The notes below the pieces were generated by a model. That model was not told where the DNA came from and searched no databases. It saw nothing but the letters and a program-made list of their open reading frames with translations. Both the position numbers and the translations under genes were made by a program. Shown here one piece after another: positions 1 through 16,260 of a DNA stretch of 64,000 nt (positions within the stretch are counted from its first letter, which is position 1; every line of letters starts with the position of its first letter). The DNA is from the human T2T-CHM13v2.0 reference genome, Homo sapiens, in the NCBI RefSeq assembly GCF_009914755.1, contig NC_060926.1. One strand, written 5' to 3'.

Positions 1-2385
<2,385 letters not shown>

Positions 2386-5300
2386 GCCTTGCATAACCCA
2401 GTTATCTTCTGGGGTCCTCCTACACCTGAAGGTCTAGATAGGATTCCTCAAACCTCCATTCTACATGCTATTGAAGGTACAATTCCTTCCCCAAGATTTC
2501 TATGAATTCCTGTGGAAATTGGTTACTTTGCTGAAAAATTCAGCTCAAAGTTTGCAGGAAATGAAAGTAGGGGCAGGGTCACATCATAAGAACATAGACA
2601 ACCGCCACTTTGACTCTCAGATATTGCTCTGGCACAATTTCCCTGGCCACATCACCCCTCACCCTAACCTATTGCCAACTCACCAGTCTTTTCTTGCATT
2701 TCCTCCTCCCATCTTCTCTTTTCTTCTCCCTCCCATATTGCCCTTCACACCTACCAGTAGAATTCCAACTTGGCTTTCTCCAACTCTTGTTCCAAGACTG
2801 AGCTCCAAGTCTACTTTGAGTATCCTAACTCAAGGTGTTCCACTAAACAAAAGGATCTTTGATTTACCAGGAAGCCACTGTGGTTTGAAATCGTAATATT
2901 TATTTATTGTAAAATATTTTTAGCACGGATTTTATACTGATCATGTTTCATGTGTGTGGAACACACGTCTATGTTGACAGGCCCAGGGAAGCTTCATTTT
3001 AAAGTAAAAGACATTTTATAAAACAAACAAACCCTAAAGACACAAAATGTTAAGTGACATTTAAGGTCCCTTAAATGTCAGAGTTATGGTTAATGTTAAG
3101 GTTCAGGGATCAGAATATCTCTAAATGACTTCTAATGTATCTTCTCAGTTCTAATTTTCCATCATTCTAGATCATGTACCATGATGCCCAATTAGGAGCA
3201 TAGAAAAGGCTTCATGGGGCAGGTGCATCTGCGCTAGACCAATCCATCTGGACTAGACTTGCAAAGATAAGGAAGACAAGATTTAAAGAAAAGTTTAATT
3301 GATTTCATTTTCCTTTGAATGAATCTGTAGACTACAAGAAATCAATATTGGGACTTTGCTGTTTCTGAGGCATTCTCAATTATCTTTCATCCTTTATTAC
3401 CTGCAAAATTAAAAGATTCTACTGCAAAGGCCTATCCTTCTGTCTTTCTTTCCTTTGAACAGTGTTGATCGAGGGCCTTCTCTGTTTTACGCAGTATGCT
3501 GCCACTGAAAATACACAAGACAAGTAAGATAGAGCCCACCAAGGAAGGAGTTCAAGTTCAATAGGAGAAATAAACAAGGAAACAAGTATAATTCATGCTC
3601 AGACCTTCTCTCGCAGTTCCTGCAGCCCAGCCACAGGCTCTGGCCTCTCTCATTCTATTGCAGGTACAACACACAGCCCCTTCTCTGGCACATCTACCCC
3701 ATGGCCATGCCCACAAACCATTCGGTTATTTTTAATAACTTATATTAAGCCTTTCAGGAGACAGGATCACCCCCCCCCAACCCTGCCAGTCTCTTCTACC
3801 TCTTGGCTGCCCTTCACTTCTTTCTCTTTTTTCCTCTCCTTACTCCCCTTTCTCAGAAGCAACACAAATTTCCCTACTTATCCTACACATAGCAGTTCTG
3901 AGGGCATCTTTTATCACAGCCTTCAGCTGAGCATGCCCTTGTGTGTCACCCTCCCCCATAGTGACTCAAAATCTTTCTTCAAAATAAATACAGGACCCTC
4001 CCTAAAAAAGTTCTGGAGAGGGAGGGAAGCGGGCCTCCATCTGTGCTCAGACCACAGAGCTGCACTCAGAATGGAATGGGTCCTGTCCGGTACAAGATAG
4101 AAGAGGCAGCCTGGGTGGGAAATAATAAAGAGAATTCTGGTGGATGCAGTGGATTTCTTGTTCTCAGCAAGACCATTCCAGAAATGTAGGGAGTTGGCCC
4201 ATGGGCTCGCCAATGTTTGGGTTATGTTTCAACCTTGATTGAGCACCAGAACTGTGCACAGTGCCAACTCCCAAGTGCTTTGAGGAGGGCTGGGTACATC
4301 ATGCTTCTCTGTTTTTGTTTTTGGGTTTTCCCCCCATGTGCCTGGGATGTTTCTTCCATTAAAACCAGGACTTTTCCTCCCTCTGCGCCTCCACACAGAA
4401 TCCAGCCCAAGCCAATCAATACCCCTAGGACATGCTAAATCTATTTTAGTGCCAAAAAATATAAATAATTTATTTGAAAAAATGCTGATAACTCCACAGA
4501 GAACTTTTTCATGCGCTGTGTCATTTCACTCCAAATTCCTTAATGAGAAGGGGGTCTCTTGCTCAGTGGTGACACGGCAATGCTAGGCTGTTTCTTTAGA
4601 CATTTCTGCCTAGAAAGAGAAGGAAGACCCCTGAGCACGAAGCAGGTTCTTCCCACAACGTGGTGTGGGAGTCTCTGCTTCTCCTCCTCTGACATACAGC
4701 TCTTCCTATGTCCTTCTTATACACAGGATCTGCATCTCAATTCAGAACTCCAGATGTGGTCTCTCCAGCAGACAAGCATTCTTGCTAAGGTATCCTAAAT
4801 AGAACATTCCAGAAAAACACGATTATTGTCTTCAAAGAGACCTGTCATGTAAAAGATGTATTAAATTTACCCAGCACTATGTCAGAAGAGAAGAATGAAA
4901 ACGATAGGGGCTGCTAGAAGGCAAAAACATAGTCATTGTGTAAAAAAGGCTTTTAAACCAAAACTAGAATTGAGCTATTCTGAACACCTGAAGTTAGGTA
5001 TTATCTCAGCTTTGGTCTCCTCAATATCGATTCATAGCATTGATTTGCACGGGGTATTAGAATGTCCTGGAGAAATAACTTGATCCATGGCCAAACTTGG
5101 GGTTCAGACACAGAAATAAGCATGATTAATTTGAAGTGTGTAGATAGAACATGTTAAGAGAAGCTCTATTTCAAGGGCAGCAGAAAAGGAGAATCTGTAA
5201 TGGAGGCAGGAAAATACTGGATTGCGGGACACAGCCCCAGACCTAGGCATCAAGGCTGAGAGTGGAAGTTCTGGGAGAAGCAAGGTGGTGGACTTGCTTT

Positions 5301-5774
5301 AATCCACTCCAGTCCCAGGGACCCTAATGGCATGAGCATCCCATTGAAAGGAACAGGTCTTGTGTATACATTAAAATAGCCATGATAGCTAAGGACTCAA
5401 GCAATTCCTCAGAGAGAACCACAGAAGAGTAGCCTAACAGGAAAAGGAAACCATTTCTATCCTGGCTGGAAAAAATTATCATCAAGTAGCTTGGAGCAAC
5501 AGGGAGTATGTCAGTTGTCTAGGGCAGAAAGGCCCTGGCACAAGATACAGAACAAGTGCAAGTTCATAGACAGAGCCTGGGACCCAGCCACTGGGACATC
5601 AGAACTACTGGCCCAGAAGACAGTAGTGGCCCCAGCTCCAGCAGTGGCTTGGCAGATTCAGACATCCATGTGAGGTAGCCCTTATGGATTTTCACAGAGG
5701 AAGTGGGGAGAGTCCTCTCATAACCATCATTATCACAAGGACCAAAATCCTGAAGCCACACAGAGGAAGGTCAC

Positions 5775-6135
5775 TGATATGGTTTCACTATGTCCCCACT
5801 CAGATCTCACCTTGAATTGTAATTCCCATAATCCCCATGTGTCAAGGGCAGGACCAGGTGGAGGTAACTGAATCATGAGGGCAGTTTCCCCCATGCTTTT
5901 CTTGTGATAATGAGTGAGTCCCACGAGATCTGATGGTTTTATAAGCATCTAATATTTCCCCTGCTTACTCTCATTCTCTCTCCTGCCACCTGTGAAGAGG
6001 TGCCTTCCACCATGATTGTAACTTTCCTGAGGCCTCCCCAGCCATGCAGAACTGCGAGCCAATTTAACCTCTTTTCTTTATAAATTACCCAGTCTCGGAT
6101 GTTTCTTCATAGCAGGGTGAAAATGGACTAATACA
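5775..6135 (+). mobile_element. THE1-family MaLR solo LTR
   Basis: Starts tgatatggttt, ends ggactaataca; 5-bp TSD gtcac at 5770-5774 and 6136-6140. Confidence 0.92.
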
Positions 6136-6169
6136 GTCACCAAACTATCAAGTTTTGTGTCTGCGTATT

Positions 6170-6890
6170 TTTAATATTTTTCTAAGGTCATAATTACCAA
6201 GGAATAATTTCATACAGTAAAATGTACCCTTTTAGAGATACAATTTACTAATTCTCACAAGCTTGTACAGTTGTAAAATAACTCCTACAATCAAGATACA
6301 GAACATTTCCATCACCCCAAAAACATCCATTCATACCTCCTTGTATTCAAAAGCTCCCTTCATTCCCAGCCCCTGGCTACCACCAAGTTTCTTTGTAAGT
6401 ATATGTATATATTTACAAAAATGTATGTGTATACACACACACACACACACATATATATACACATACATATACACACTCACACATGTACACATTTGTCATT
6501 TCTTCCAGAATGTCATATAAATTAAATCAAAACCTATATAGCCTTTTGACCTGAGTCTGGTTTCTTTTGCTTTGATAAGGCATGTGAGATTTATCTACAC
6601 TAATGCATATGTCAGTAGCATGTTCTTTTTCTTGCTGTACTAGTATTATTCCACAGTATAGACATACCACTGTTTGTGAATTCCCCAGCTGATGGACATT
6701 TGGATTGTTTCCAATTTTTAATGATTATAAAGGTATTTGTATACAGGTTTTAATATGGAAATATGTTGTCACTGGGTAAATACCTAGGAATGGGACTGCT
6801 GGACCATATGGTAAGTATATATTTAACTTTATAAGAAACTGCCAAACTGTTTTCCAAAGTGGCTGGCCCATTTGGCATTCCCACTGTGTC
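6170..6890 (-). mobile_element. Old L1M (L1MB/ME-type) 3' fragment with internal (CA/TA)n
   Basis: Typical antisense L1 3' text: cagaacatttccatcacccc, gatggacatttggattgtttcca, aagaaactgccaaactgttttccaaagtggc. Confidence 0.85.
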
Positions 6891-7539
6891 TATTACAGTG
6901 GCCTCACTGGCATTCACAGGATCTCCATCTGAGAGTGCTGAAGTTCTATTTCTATTGCTCCAGCACCCAGGAAGTCAGAAATGTCCAGAGATGGAATTTT
7001 GAAGCCTCTGGAAATAGTGATTTTCCTGTCCCTGTGGTTGTCCTAGGAGGGGCTGGGCAACTGCAAGTCAGGGATGTGATAAAGGACCAGACAGTTTGGC
7101 CTTCCAGATCTCTTTCGAATCTGTTTTCTCTGATGCTGTGAATATGAACGTCACCCTAGCTGGCAGTGTAGACCCCACCCTCCCACATTTCTCACCACTT
7201 GGCTCACTAGACAAATGTGCATCTCGGTGTTTGACGTCTTTGTCAGTTTGACTGATGTGTTTCAGTGAGTTGATATTTTTTATGCAGTCCATTGGATCTC
7301 TTAACGGTTTTTGCAAAGAGGTAGTAAATTAATGACCCACCCACATACTGTTGACCTGTACAGGGCTGTAAATAGTTTGCTCTAATGCTCTCTGCTCTAG
7401 CTTCTCCATCTTGGGATAAGAGCACCCAGCCCCTGGAATACTGCAGAGCACCCCAAGAATAGAAATAACTGAGCAGTGAAGCAGGTGATCAGGACCAGGA
7501 AGACGGTTTAGACTCTGTCCCCATTGTGCTGGGTTCTGG

Positions 7540-7700
7540 AGGCTGACAGGTCTGAATTTGGATTCTGACTGTGTTACTAGCTGTGTGACTCTGAGCAAGT
7601 CACTTAACCTCTTTGAATCTTGGGAAAGTGGGCCTTCCCTGTAAAGGATTAGAATTCATAGAAGTAAAGCACCTTACATAGAGTATACAACCTCTGGGAA
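7540..7700 (+). mobile_element. MIR SINE fragment
   Basis: ttactagctgtgtgactctgagcaagtcacttaacctct matches the MIR core. Confidence 0.8.
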
Positions 7701-7731
7701 GCATTATTTTTGCTTTTACTGTCCTCTTGCT

Positions 7732-7732
<1 letters not shown>

Positions 7733-7774
<42 letters not shown>
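7733..7774 (+). repeat. (ACT)14 microsatellite
   Basis: Perfect trinucleotide run read directly. Confidence 0.97.
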
Positions 7775-7775
<1 letters not shown>

Positions 7776-9859
7776 TTACAAGAGACTTTGATCATCTCTG
7801 GATAGTGCTGGGAAGTAGCACTAGACATAGAGCTGAGGCCAGGATCCAGAGTCCAGGTTAGGGTGAGAAAAGTGACAGGCAGAGCCAGGTAGGGGAGCGT
7901 CTGCCATGGTGACCCAGGGGAAGTGACCCAGCAGCAGCATGGAGAAGATTGGTACTGCATGGTGAAGCCAGTCTGAGATTCCAGACCTGGAACCATTCCC
8001 AATGTCGTCTCTGAGCTCTGGGCCTAGAACACATTTCTAGCTAAAGGATTCACATGTCTGTCTCCCAGGGCACCTCAACTCCTCTCTGCTATTTTGGGAC
8101 TCTAGGTAAAGACTTACCCTAAACTCTTTGAGGACACTAGTACCAACAGCACTGAGTAGAAAGGTAACTGAGCAGTTCTAAGATGATTTACTCTTAAAAC
8201 CCAGAGATAGTGGGCAGATAGGACTGAGCCCTATTAACCAGTCTTTGCCAGATAAATCAATAACCGTTAATACCCATGGATTTTGTTTTTAAAGAGATTT
8301 CTCTAGACCAGGACTTCATCATCTCTGAGAAAATGGAAAAAACGAAATGAGTATGCTCTCACCTTAAGAAGTGTCTGTAAACAGTTCTCTAAACAAGCAC
8401 AGCTAATTTCCCACCTCCCATTTTTCCCCTGGGTCCTCCCATCTCATCTCTCTGTCCAGCCACTCTCACCTTTCCTAGGTTTGGGAGACAAAGTAATTCA
8501 GTCACTCTCCCAGCCATGTAGTAGACCAGGATCATGGCTTCCAGCCCAGAACTGTGCCATGAAGGAGCCAAGAGCTGAGTGAGCAGTGGACGTCTCTCCT
8601 CCCCAGCCCTGACCTGTTCTGAGGATGGATGGGAGAGCGAGCATCTGCTCAGAGCACCTGGAGGAGAGCACACCTGACTTGGATCTCAGCCACATTGTGT
8701 CCCGGTCATGGAAACTCGGGCAAGTGGTGACTTCTCCTACACTCAGTGTACAGACCATTCGTCTATGAAATGCAGGCAGTAACACTCCTTCAAAAGATTA
8801 TTTTGGGGATTAGAGATTAGACATAAAAAGCACCTGGCACATACTAGGTACTTAATAAACCATAGCCACTTTTATTATTCTTGTCTTCCTTCTTTTTATA
8901 AGGATTAGATAAGAAAATCCACTAGAAATTCTAGCACCCATTTCACCAGATTCTCAGGTCTGTACAACTGGGAGGGAGGAGAAGGGTTGGGCTTGGGAAG
9001 AGTTGGGCTCGTGAGCATGGGCTCTCCTCTATTCCTGTGGTCTGGATAGGGGAATAGACAGGTTTTTTGCTTTTCAACTCTATCCTCGGAGGGCAGCCTC
9101 GGAGTGATAGACAAGTTAGAATTGAAATCATTCAAATGTCACTTTTCCGGCCACTTAACTTTAAAAACATCTTTTAAGGGGGAAGTTAAAGCAGGTGGCT
9201 GATTTTCCATAATCATTATTAACATATAGTTATAGACATCATTGCTCTGGCATTCCCAATGTTCCCTCACCCTCCCACACCTACCCCAAGCCGTGGAGAA
9301 TCAGGAGTTGGGCTTGAACACCATGTTCTGCCTCCACCTGCAGCTCACAGGCGATACCTGTTTGCAGGAAAAACAGAGGAGTCCAGTTTCCAAGGCTGTC
9401 AATCTGGAAACCAATCCATTTTCTAAAAAGATTGGAAACGGCATCTCAACGACTTGCAGTTAGGCAAGAAGGCCTTGGCCTCCAGAGAGGCTCTCATATT
9501 ACAAAACTTGATAGAAACCACTTGCGTGGGGGCTTGGAGAGACAAGGCCCAGGTCACTTTGTTCCTGCTATGGGAATCTGGATGGGAGGCAGAGCTGTCT
9601 CCAGATGCAACCTCAGATACCACCCCAGTCAGCAAGCTGGCCCAGCAGCACGGGCTGCTTCTCCCAAACCAGCCACCTCCCTCTGCCCTAACTCTCCACC
9701 CCATCTCTGTTTTCAATCACCATATTAAAAATCAAGCTCAGCTCTTTTGTTGGGTTATTTGGAGTTGATCCAGGTGGAATAGCACACTTTGCATGCAAAA
9801 AAAGGGAAGATGGTAGAAAGGAGTTAGGCAGAACTCAGGGGATACCATCTCTTTGTGTC

Positions 9860-10224
9860 TCATGGTTCTAAGATCAGGTTCATTGAGACCCAGGTCCTCT
9901 GAGATCCTCTGATAGCCTCAAGATGGAAGAAAGATGACAGTAGAAAGCAAAGTGTAGGAGAACACTTGAAAGAGGTCTCAGTCATGGGAGTCACATATGT
10001 GGACAAGCTCTCAGACCATGCAGAAAGACCTTTTAGACCAAACCACCCAACCAAACAGAACTGAAAGAAGCAGGCTAATGGGAGCATTGAGCCCCTCAAA
10101 TCAGGGATACCCAAGGCATGCTCTGCATCATTCCTGGACACATGATCTGACAAATTCCCTTTGGTGCTAAGTTGCTTCGAGTTGGGATTCTGTCACTTAC
10201 AAACACAAAAGCTCCAGCTATACA
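9860..10224 (+). mobile_element. MLT1-type MaLR LTR fragment
   Basis: 3' end acaaattccctttggtgctaag..gagttgggattctgtcacttacaaac resembles MLT1J/K ends; 5' boundary uncertain. Confidence 0.55.
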
Positions 10225-11319
10225 CTAAGTCATCTGCCCAAGGTCACACTGAGTAAGAAGCACATCAGGCCTGTTAACCAACACCTGTCTGATCCAAAGG
10301 CATGCTTTTTCCCCTTCTCCTGTGGCTCTCCATGTGCCTCTTTCCAATGCCAAGTTCATTGGCAACTTCATCAGGGCAAGAGGGAAAATAAAGAATTTTG
10401 TTCAATAATGAAATCTGCCAAGAGTTGTTCTAGGCGTTGGGATTACAGTGATGAGAAAGACAGCAAAAGACATGGCTGAGCAGGGAGCAGGTTTGTGAAA
10501 AGACTGGACTGAAGGGGGAGAGGAAGAAGGTAGAAGAAAGCAGGCACTAGAGCCACGCTCTGTGGCATTAGTTATGGACATCTCTCCTCCCTAGCACCAG
10601 GAGAGTTGAGGGTACTACCTCCTGAGAGAGTGCATCTATTTAATTTTTGCCAGGATAAATTTCCTCAGATTTCTAGCTTGGCAGATATAGTGTATGTATG
10701 CCCTTGGACTGACCATGTTCAAGTTCTGCAAGATAAAGGACAGAGCTCAAATTCAAGACCTGGCCTCTTACACTTAGTCCCACTATATAGATGAGGCCAC
10801 TGGGGCTCAGAGACTTTAATAGCAATGACTATTTCCTGCCTACTTCCCCCCCCCATATTGAATGAGAGAGCAGACTAAACAGAGGTCTATAAAGGTAAGA
10901 GCACGGCACAAATGTAAGATGGTATGATTCAAGGCGGAAGCTAAGGTATCTTTTTGGTTGAATCACCTGTTTGCTGCACTCTGGGTAGAATCTGGGACTC
11001 TGATTGACATACAGCAAATTTCTATAAATTCCTATTTGGTGAGGGGTCAGTAACAGTGACGAGTCAAGATGAGCTCATTTCCATTACATAAAGACTCTTT
11101 CTACCTCAAGAAAAAAAAAAACACAGGGATTCTAAAATGCTTGTAACACTTAGCCTATCTAAAGCCTAGCTTAAAATTAGGAAAACAGGATATAATCAGA
11201 GCCTCTAATAACAGGTTCTCCCCAGAGGGACATCTAGAAGGATGGAGGAAAAGGGTTAAGATATAGTCTCATTTAGTAAGTCAACTTTATGAACCTGAAA
11301 ATATTAAGACCTTTGGGGG

Positions 11320-11800
11320 TGTATCAGTAAGGGTTTAGGGTTGCAAATAATGGAAATGAACTGAAAGTCATTCTGCTCATTTCTTGCTCAAAAAAGGAAT
11401 TTAGTGGAACAACATTGGGTAGCCCACAGAATCAACAGGAAGGATGAAGAATCCTACTCTTCAGGGAGAACAGCCACAGTCATGCCCTAGAAACCTACTT
11501 AGGGTGCCATTCTCGCTGCCACTTGACCTGAGACACTGCCTCTTCTAGCACTGTGTCACTACCATTAGACCCTGGATTCTGGTTGTTGCCACTGGCAGAA
11601 CTAGTCCTACAGCATCCCTGATTCTTTTTGTCATACCTCTTGAGACTCAAAGCCCTGTAGTGAAGGTATCTGGTAGAGTTGTTTTAAGTCACATGACTAT
11701 GACTTTGCCTCCAAGATTACCAGAGAATAGGAGTCTGACCCTTGGAGCTTACTCTGTAGGGTGGGGTGACCTGCTTTCCACCTGGACTCACACAATGGTG
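11320..11800 (-). mobile_element. Old MLT1-type LTR
   Basis: Begins tgtatcagtaagggtttagggttgcaaataatggaaa..aaaaaaggaatttagtgg, the antisense of an MLT1 3' end. Confidence 0.5.
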
Positions 11801-11872
11801 AACTCTCCTAGCATAGAAGAGGTTAAGATGACAGGCAGACAACATGGCAACTAGTGTCCCTGCAACGTATCT

Positions 11873-12026
11873 GGAGGGGAGGGGAGGGGAGAGGAGGGGA
11901 GGAGGAAGGGGAAGGGGAGGAGGAAGGGGAAGGGGAGGAGGAAGGGGAGGAGGAAGGGGAAGGGGAGGAGGAAGGGGAAGGGGAGGAGGAAGGGGAAGGG
12001 GAGGAGGAAGGGGAAGGGGAAGGGAA
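11873..12026 (+). repeat. Pure polypurine tandem repeat, 18-bp unit GGAGGAGGAAGGGGAAGG
   Basis: About 150 bp containing only A and G, read directly. Confidence 0.95.
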
Positions 12027-13249
12027 GTATCTGGTTGAGAAAATTCCATCGGACACTGATTACATAGTCTCATGACTTTTAGAGAAAGAGAGACTTCTTC
12101 TTGGCATCTTACTCTGTTCTCTTCAGCAGATGGACACTGAGGGTTAGAAACCTCCCCACCACCAGCAGCCTTTCACCAGGTCCTATTCAATCTTTGGCAG
12201 CTTGGAGAGACTCAGTCTGGTCCACCCCACCCCACCTCCAGCTTCATCTTATGCTATCCTGCTCACCTGCCCTAATCCTTCAAGTTCCTCACCCCAGTCT
12301 CTCAGGTTGCTGCCCCATCCTGTTTCTCCCCTCCAGCACACAGCCAAAATCCAAATGAAGTCTAGAACTTTAACAAGTGTCCGATAATGGAGTCACACAA
12401 TATGAAGGCCTTGGTAGCTGGAGAGCAGGCTCCACTCTCATTCCAGCATGGAAATGCCACACCAATGAATCTTCCTGTTTTTAACTAGATAGCTCTGCCT
12501 ACTCTGGCTAACATACCTAGTAGCCAGAAATCAAATGCCAAAATGCCCCATCCTGAGCCTTGTGCCTGCACCTGCCAAAACAAGTCTTTCAGGGCTGACT
12601 AGAAGATTCCGGATCTTGGAACAAAACAGCCTCACAGCTCCAGGCTCTGCATGGTGACTCATTCCTCACGGAGAAGTTAAACCTCCCTTTGGGAGAAAGA
12701 GCTAAGCTACAGGTACTCCAAGACCAATTCCAAAAGCCCTCCAGGAACAGGGCTCAGAGGGAGCCAGGGAAAGTGGAGACAGGGTGGCAGGGCTGGGAGG
12801 GTGCCAGAGGACAGGAAATGAGCTTCTGCCCTTCGGTTAGTTTCCAGGAGTGATTCCTTCCAGCCAGGCTGAATGGGATGCACACAGCTACCTCCCTGAT
12901 GGGGTTTCAATGTTTGTTTCCTCTCCAAAGCTGCAGCTGGAGAGGACAGTCATGCAAAAATGAAAACAGAACTAAGAATCTTTCTTCAACTTTCTTTCAG
13001 CCCAATTGAAGTAGAAAATGCAGTCAAAAGATAGAAAATAACATATTGGCAATATTTGTAATTCAGCACAGAATTAATCAATAATATTGCTTAAGAAATG
13101 TTTGTTTGGTTTTTACATGTCTAGAATCCTGGGAAGAAAATCTAGTTTAAAGAGAGAGAAAGTTAGAAACTTTGAGATTCTGATGGAAATGTCTTCTGGG
13201 TACTTTTAAAGTCTAAGTTAATGGTCTTGGTTCTATTTAAAATATGTGT

Positions 13250-13870
13250 GATTTCCTTATTAAAGAAGAAATATCTGTTTATTGTAGGAAAAAATCAAAA
13301 TTCAATTAATGGAAAATATTTTTAAAAATTTCTCCTCCCATTAGATGTGCATACATTCCAGATTTTTTTATACATTAATGCTTTGTTTTTATAAAAATGG
13401 AATTCTACATATTTTGTAATCATTTTTCCTTTCGATTATATCAATAACATCTAATTTAGATTGTTATTCTAAATGGATATATAGTGCATCATTATATTGG
13501 CATTCCATCATCTAGTCAATAAATCTCTATTACTGAATATTTACTGTGTTTCCAATTTTGGGTATTATAAACAACATTCTAATAGGCACTCTATCTTGCA
13601 TATGGCATATGAATTGCCCGGTCATTTCTTTAGGATATATTCCTCAATGTGAAATTACCATATCATATTTATTAAATGTTGATATATATACCAAACTGCC
13701 TTCCAGTAGGGTCGGATCAAATTGCACTTCCCCAAACCATGAATGCCTTTTCTCTGCTGCACTCACTATTATGGGTGCTGTCATTCTTTTCTGTATTTCT
13801 TAGCTGTATCCAACTTTACTTGATAATTGTTTTTATTTGCTTTGATAAAAATATCACGAGAATTCTTTTT
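13250..13870 (-). mobile_element. Ancient L1ME-type fragment
   Basis: AT-rich, with tgtttccaattttgggtattataaacaac, atttctttaggatatattcc and ccaaactgccttcc motifs of antisense L1 3' ends. Confidence 0.65.
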
Positions 13871-16079
13871 CTTTTGATTGCATGTGTGAGATAAGGTCAA
13901 ACTTAATCATTGTCAGTTAATGGAAAAAAAGTAGGAAGAGTGGGAAGGAGATAAGGTAGAGTCCACTGAGGTAAGTAAACAAGAATTAGAAGTAACTGTC
14001 TACAAATATCATCATGCCCCCACCCCAGGGAAAAAGGAGGCATTAGAAACCGACTTTGGGTCAATTTCCCATGCTGTTGGACCAAGAACTCTTTCAGTGC
14101 TATCCCAAATAGTGCAAGGACCTGCACACCATTTTTAAGTTGGAGGCTTCCAATTCAGATGATGTCAGGTGACGTGTATATATAACACACAGATGGCATA
14201 CATTTGAGCAGAATTGGATTTGCTTGGTCTGCAGAAGACCACCCAAGAAAAATTTTGGAGATTCTCAGAGGTATGAAACTGAGCTTAGCCCTCACCTGGT
14301 GTAGGACCTCAAGCCTTTCCACTGATGAGCAACTGTTAACAACATAACTAGAACTCCCAGCCCCAAATACTAGAGACTTGTTAGGGCCCAGGTGAAAGGA
14401 CTGATGACTCTTTTGAAGTGTTCCTCACATGCTGTTGGTTTCCTTTCTTTTATATTTACATGCGTAATCTCTTTTAATTATCACAGCAAACGTTTGAAGT
14501 AGATTTTATTATTTTTCCCGCTCTACAGATGGATGAGCTGGAGCTGAGACCACTATGGCAAAGCTACAGCATGAATCCATGTCATCTAATTCATGCCCTT
14601 TACACTATTACCACCTGGTAGAGTTTGCAGTAACACTACTCACTTCTATTGCAGTTAGAGCAGAGGCTCCAACAAGAGCCCAGCGGTGGCCAGATTTCTT
14701 CCTGCTTTACCAGATAAGAAAGAAAACAGTAATTGGGTGACAATACCTAAATTCCCTTTGGGGTTCTGGGCATAAGAGAAGTGTTACATGTGCCTTCCTT
14801 CATAGGATAACAGACTCCAATGCTTACAGGACTTCTGAGAGATGTTAAGAAATCAATCCCCATTAGGCAAATTAAATCTAAATAAATAACACCCACTCTG
14901 CATCTTCCTGGAAAAACCCATCCCAGGCCCATATGGCTTCAGGCAAGTTGCTTAGAAATCATGAAGATCATGTAGAGACACAGGATGCAAATGCAAGACA
15001 CCGATCATTTGGTCTCCTCCTTTCCATGGCAGCTTTCCACCAGGAGGCTATGGGAAGGTCATGGCCACCAGATGTTGCTGAGGACAAGAAAACTTGTTCC
15101 TGGCTGGGCTTTGCCAGAAGCCTCCCTCCACCCTGCTGTACCCATGGTGTTCTGACAACCCTGTGGTGCTCACATCCACAGTGGCCTCTCCATTGCTTCC
15201 AGTGGTCCATCTGCCTGGGCAGCAGGAATCAGAGGGGTGTGACATGGAGACACAGACCATCTAGTACTAAATGTTTGTTAAGGCTGAGTAGAGTCTGGAA
15301 TGTTGGCTTGAGGGCTGCTGTCTGAACCATCAAAGCAATGAAAAACTTAAACGAATATGCCATTTGAGATGTTCTCCGAGGTGGGTGAGCTCTTACAAGC
15401 AAAAACTGGAAGAACTACTCTGGTAGAGGAAATTCCTTTGGACACTGATTCAAGTTCTGGCTGTGCCACAGTGGTGTCATCTCACATACCTCCCCACTAA
15501 CCTGCTCTCCCCATACTATGTTGAATTTTCTGTCTTTAGCCAAAGCCTCTTTCAGCCTAAATGAGACCTTCTACTGGTGGAGCTTCAAAGCACTCCATCT
15601 CCCGGCATCCCCCACCTTCTCAAATTTCATTTAAAAGACCATGAAACACCATCTCTACTCCCACAAAGATAAATGCCATGCAATCCATTCTCCAGCCTAG
15701 CAGGCCTTTCTCAGGCCATCTCACATCACACACTCACCCTCCAGCTTCCTGCTGCCTAAGGTGCTTGAGTCACACCAGATCCCTTCTTCTGGGGAAGCTT
15801 GTCAGATAGCTCCTTTTATCCCACACATTTACACCAACTGCCATCATCACCATGCATTCAAACTCACACTCCAGGACAGGCATGGACCACAGATGTCCCA
15901 AAGCCACATCTCCTAATCCACAGATTCACACATCACATTACAGGAACTCAATTACTTGGTGACTAAAGTCAAGCTCAGAATCTCTTCTCCATATTCAATA
16001 GATTCACTCTTCCTCACTCAACTTCCTCATTCCAACAAATTCAGAGACTCTCTACTTTTCTAAGAACTTACAGGTCCCC

Positions 16080-16260
16080 CTTAGACCTCCATAACACCTA
16101 GGAGAGTTAGATGTCATTACTCCCATTTTATAGAACAATAAATCAAGGTTCAGAAAGATTGAGTGACTTGGCCAAGTTCACACATCAGGCTGGAGACTGC
16201 CTGCTGAGATTCAAACTCAGATCTGTTGAAAATCTATGCTCTGTCTAACAACTACAGGCT
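16080..16260 (-). mobile_element. MIR SINE
   Basis: cccattttatagaacaataaatcaaggttcagaaagattgagtgacttggccaagttcacac. Confidence 0.8.

Noticed and set aside
6421-6468. 13-bp inverted repeat atgtatgtgtata / tatacacatacat
   Set aside because: Expected by-product of adjacent TG/TA/CA microsatellites inside an old L1.
11717-12075. Glu-Gly, Pro-Leu and RGG repeat ORFs (RPGR ORF15-like)
   Set aside because: All frames are open only because a pure purine tract has no stop codons; there is no flanking homology or exon structure.
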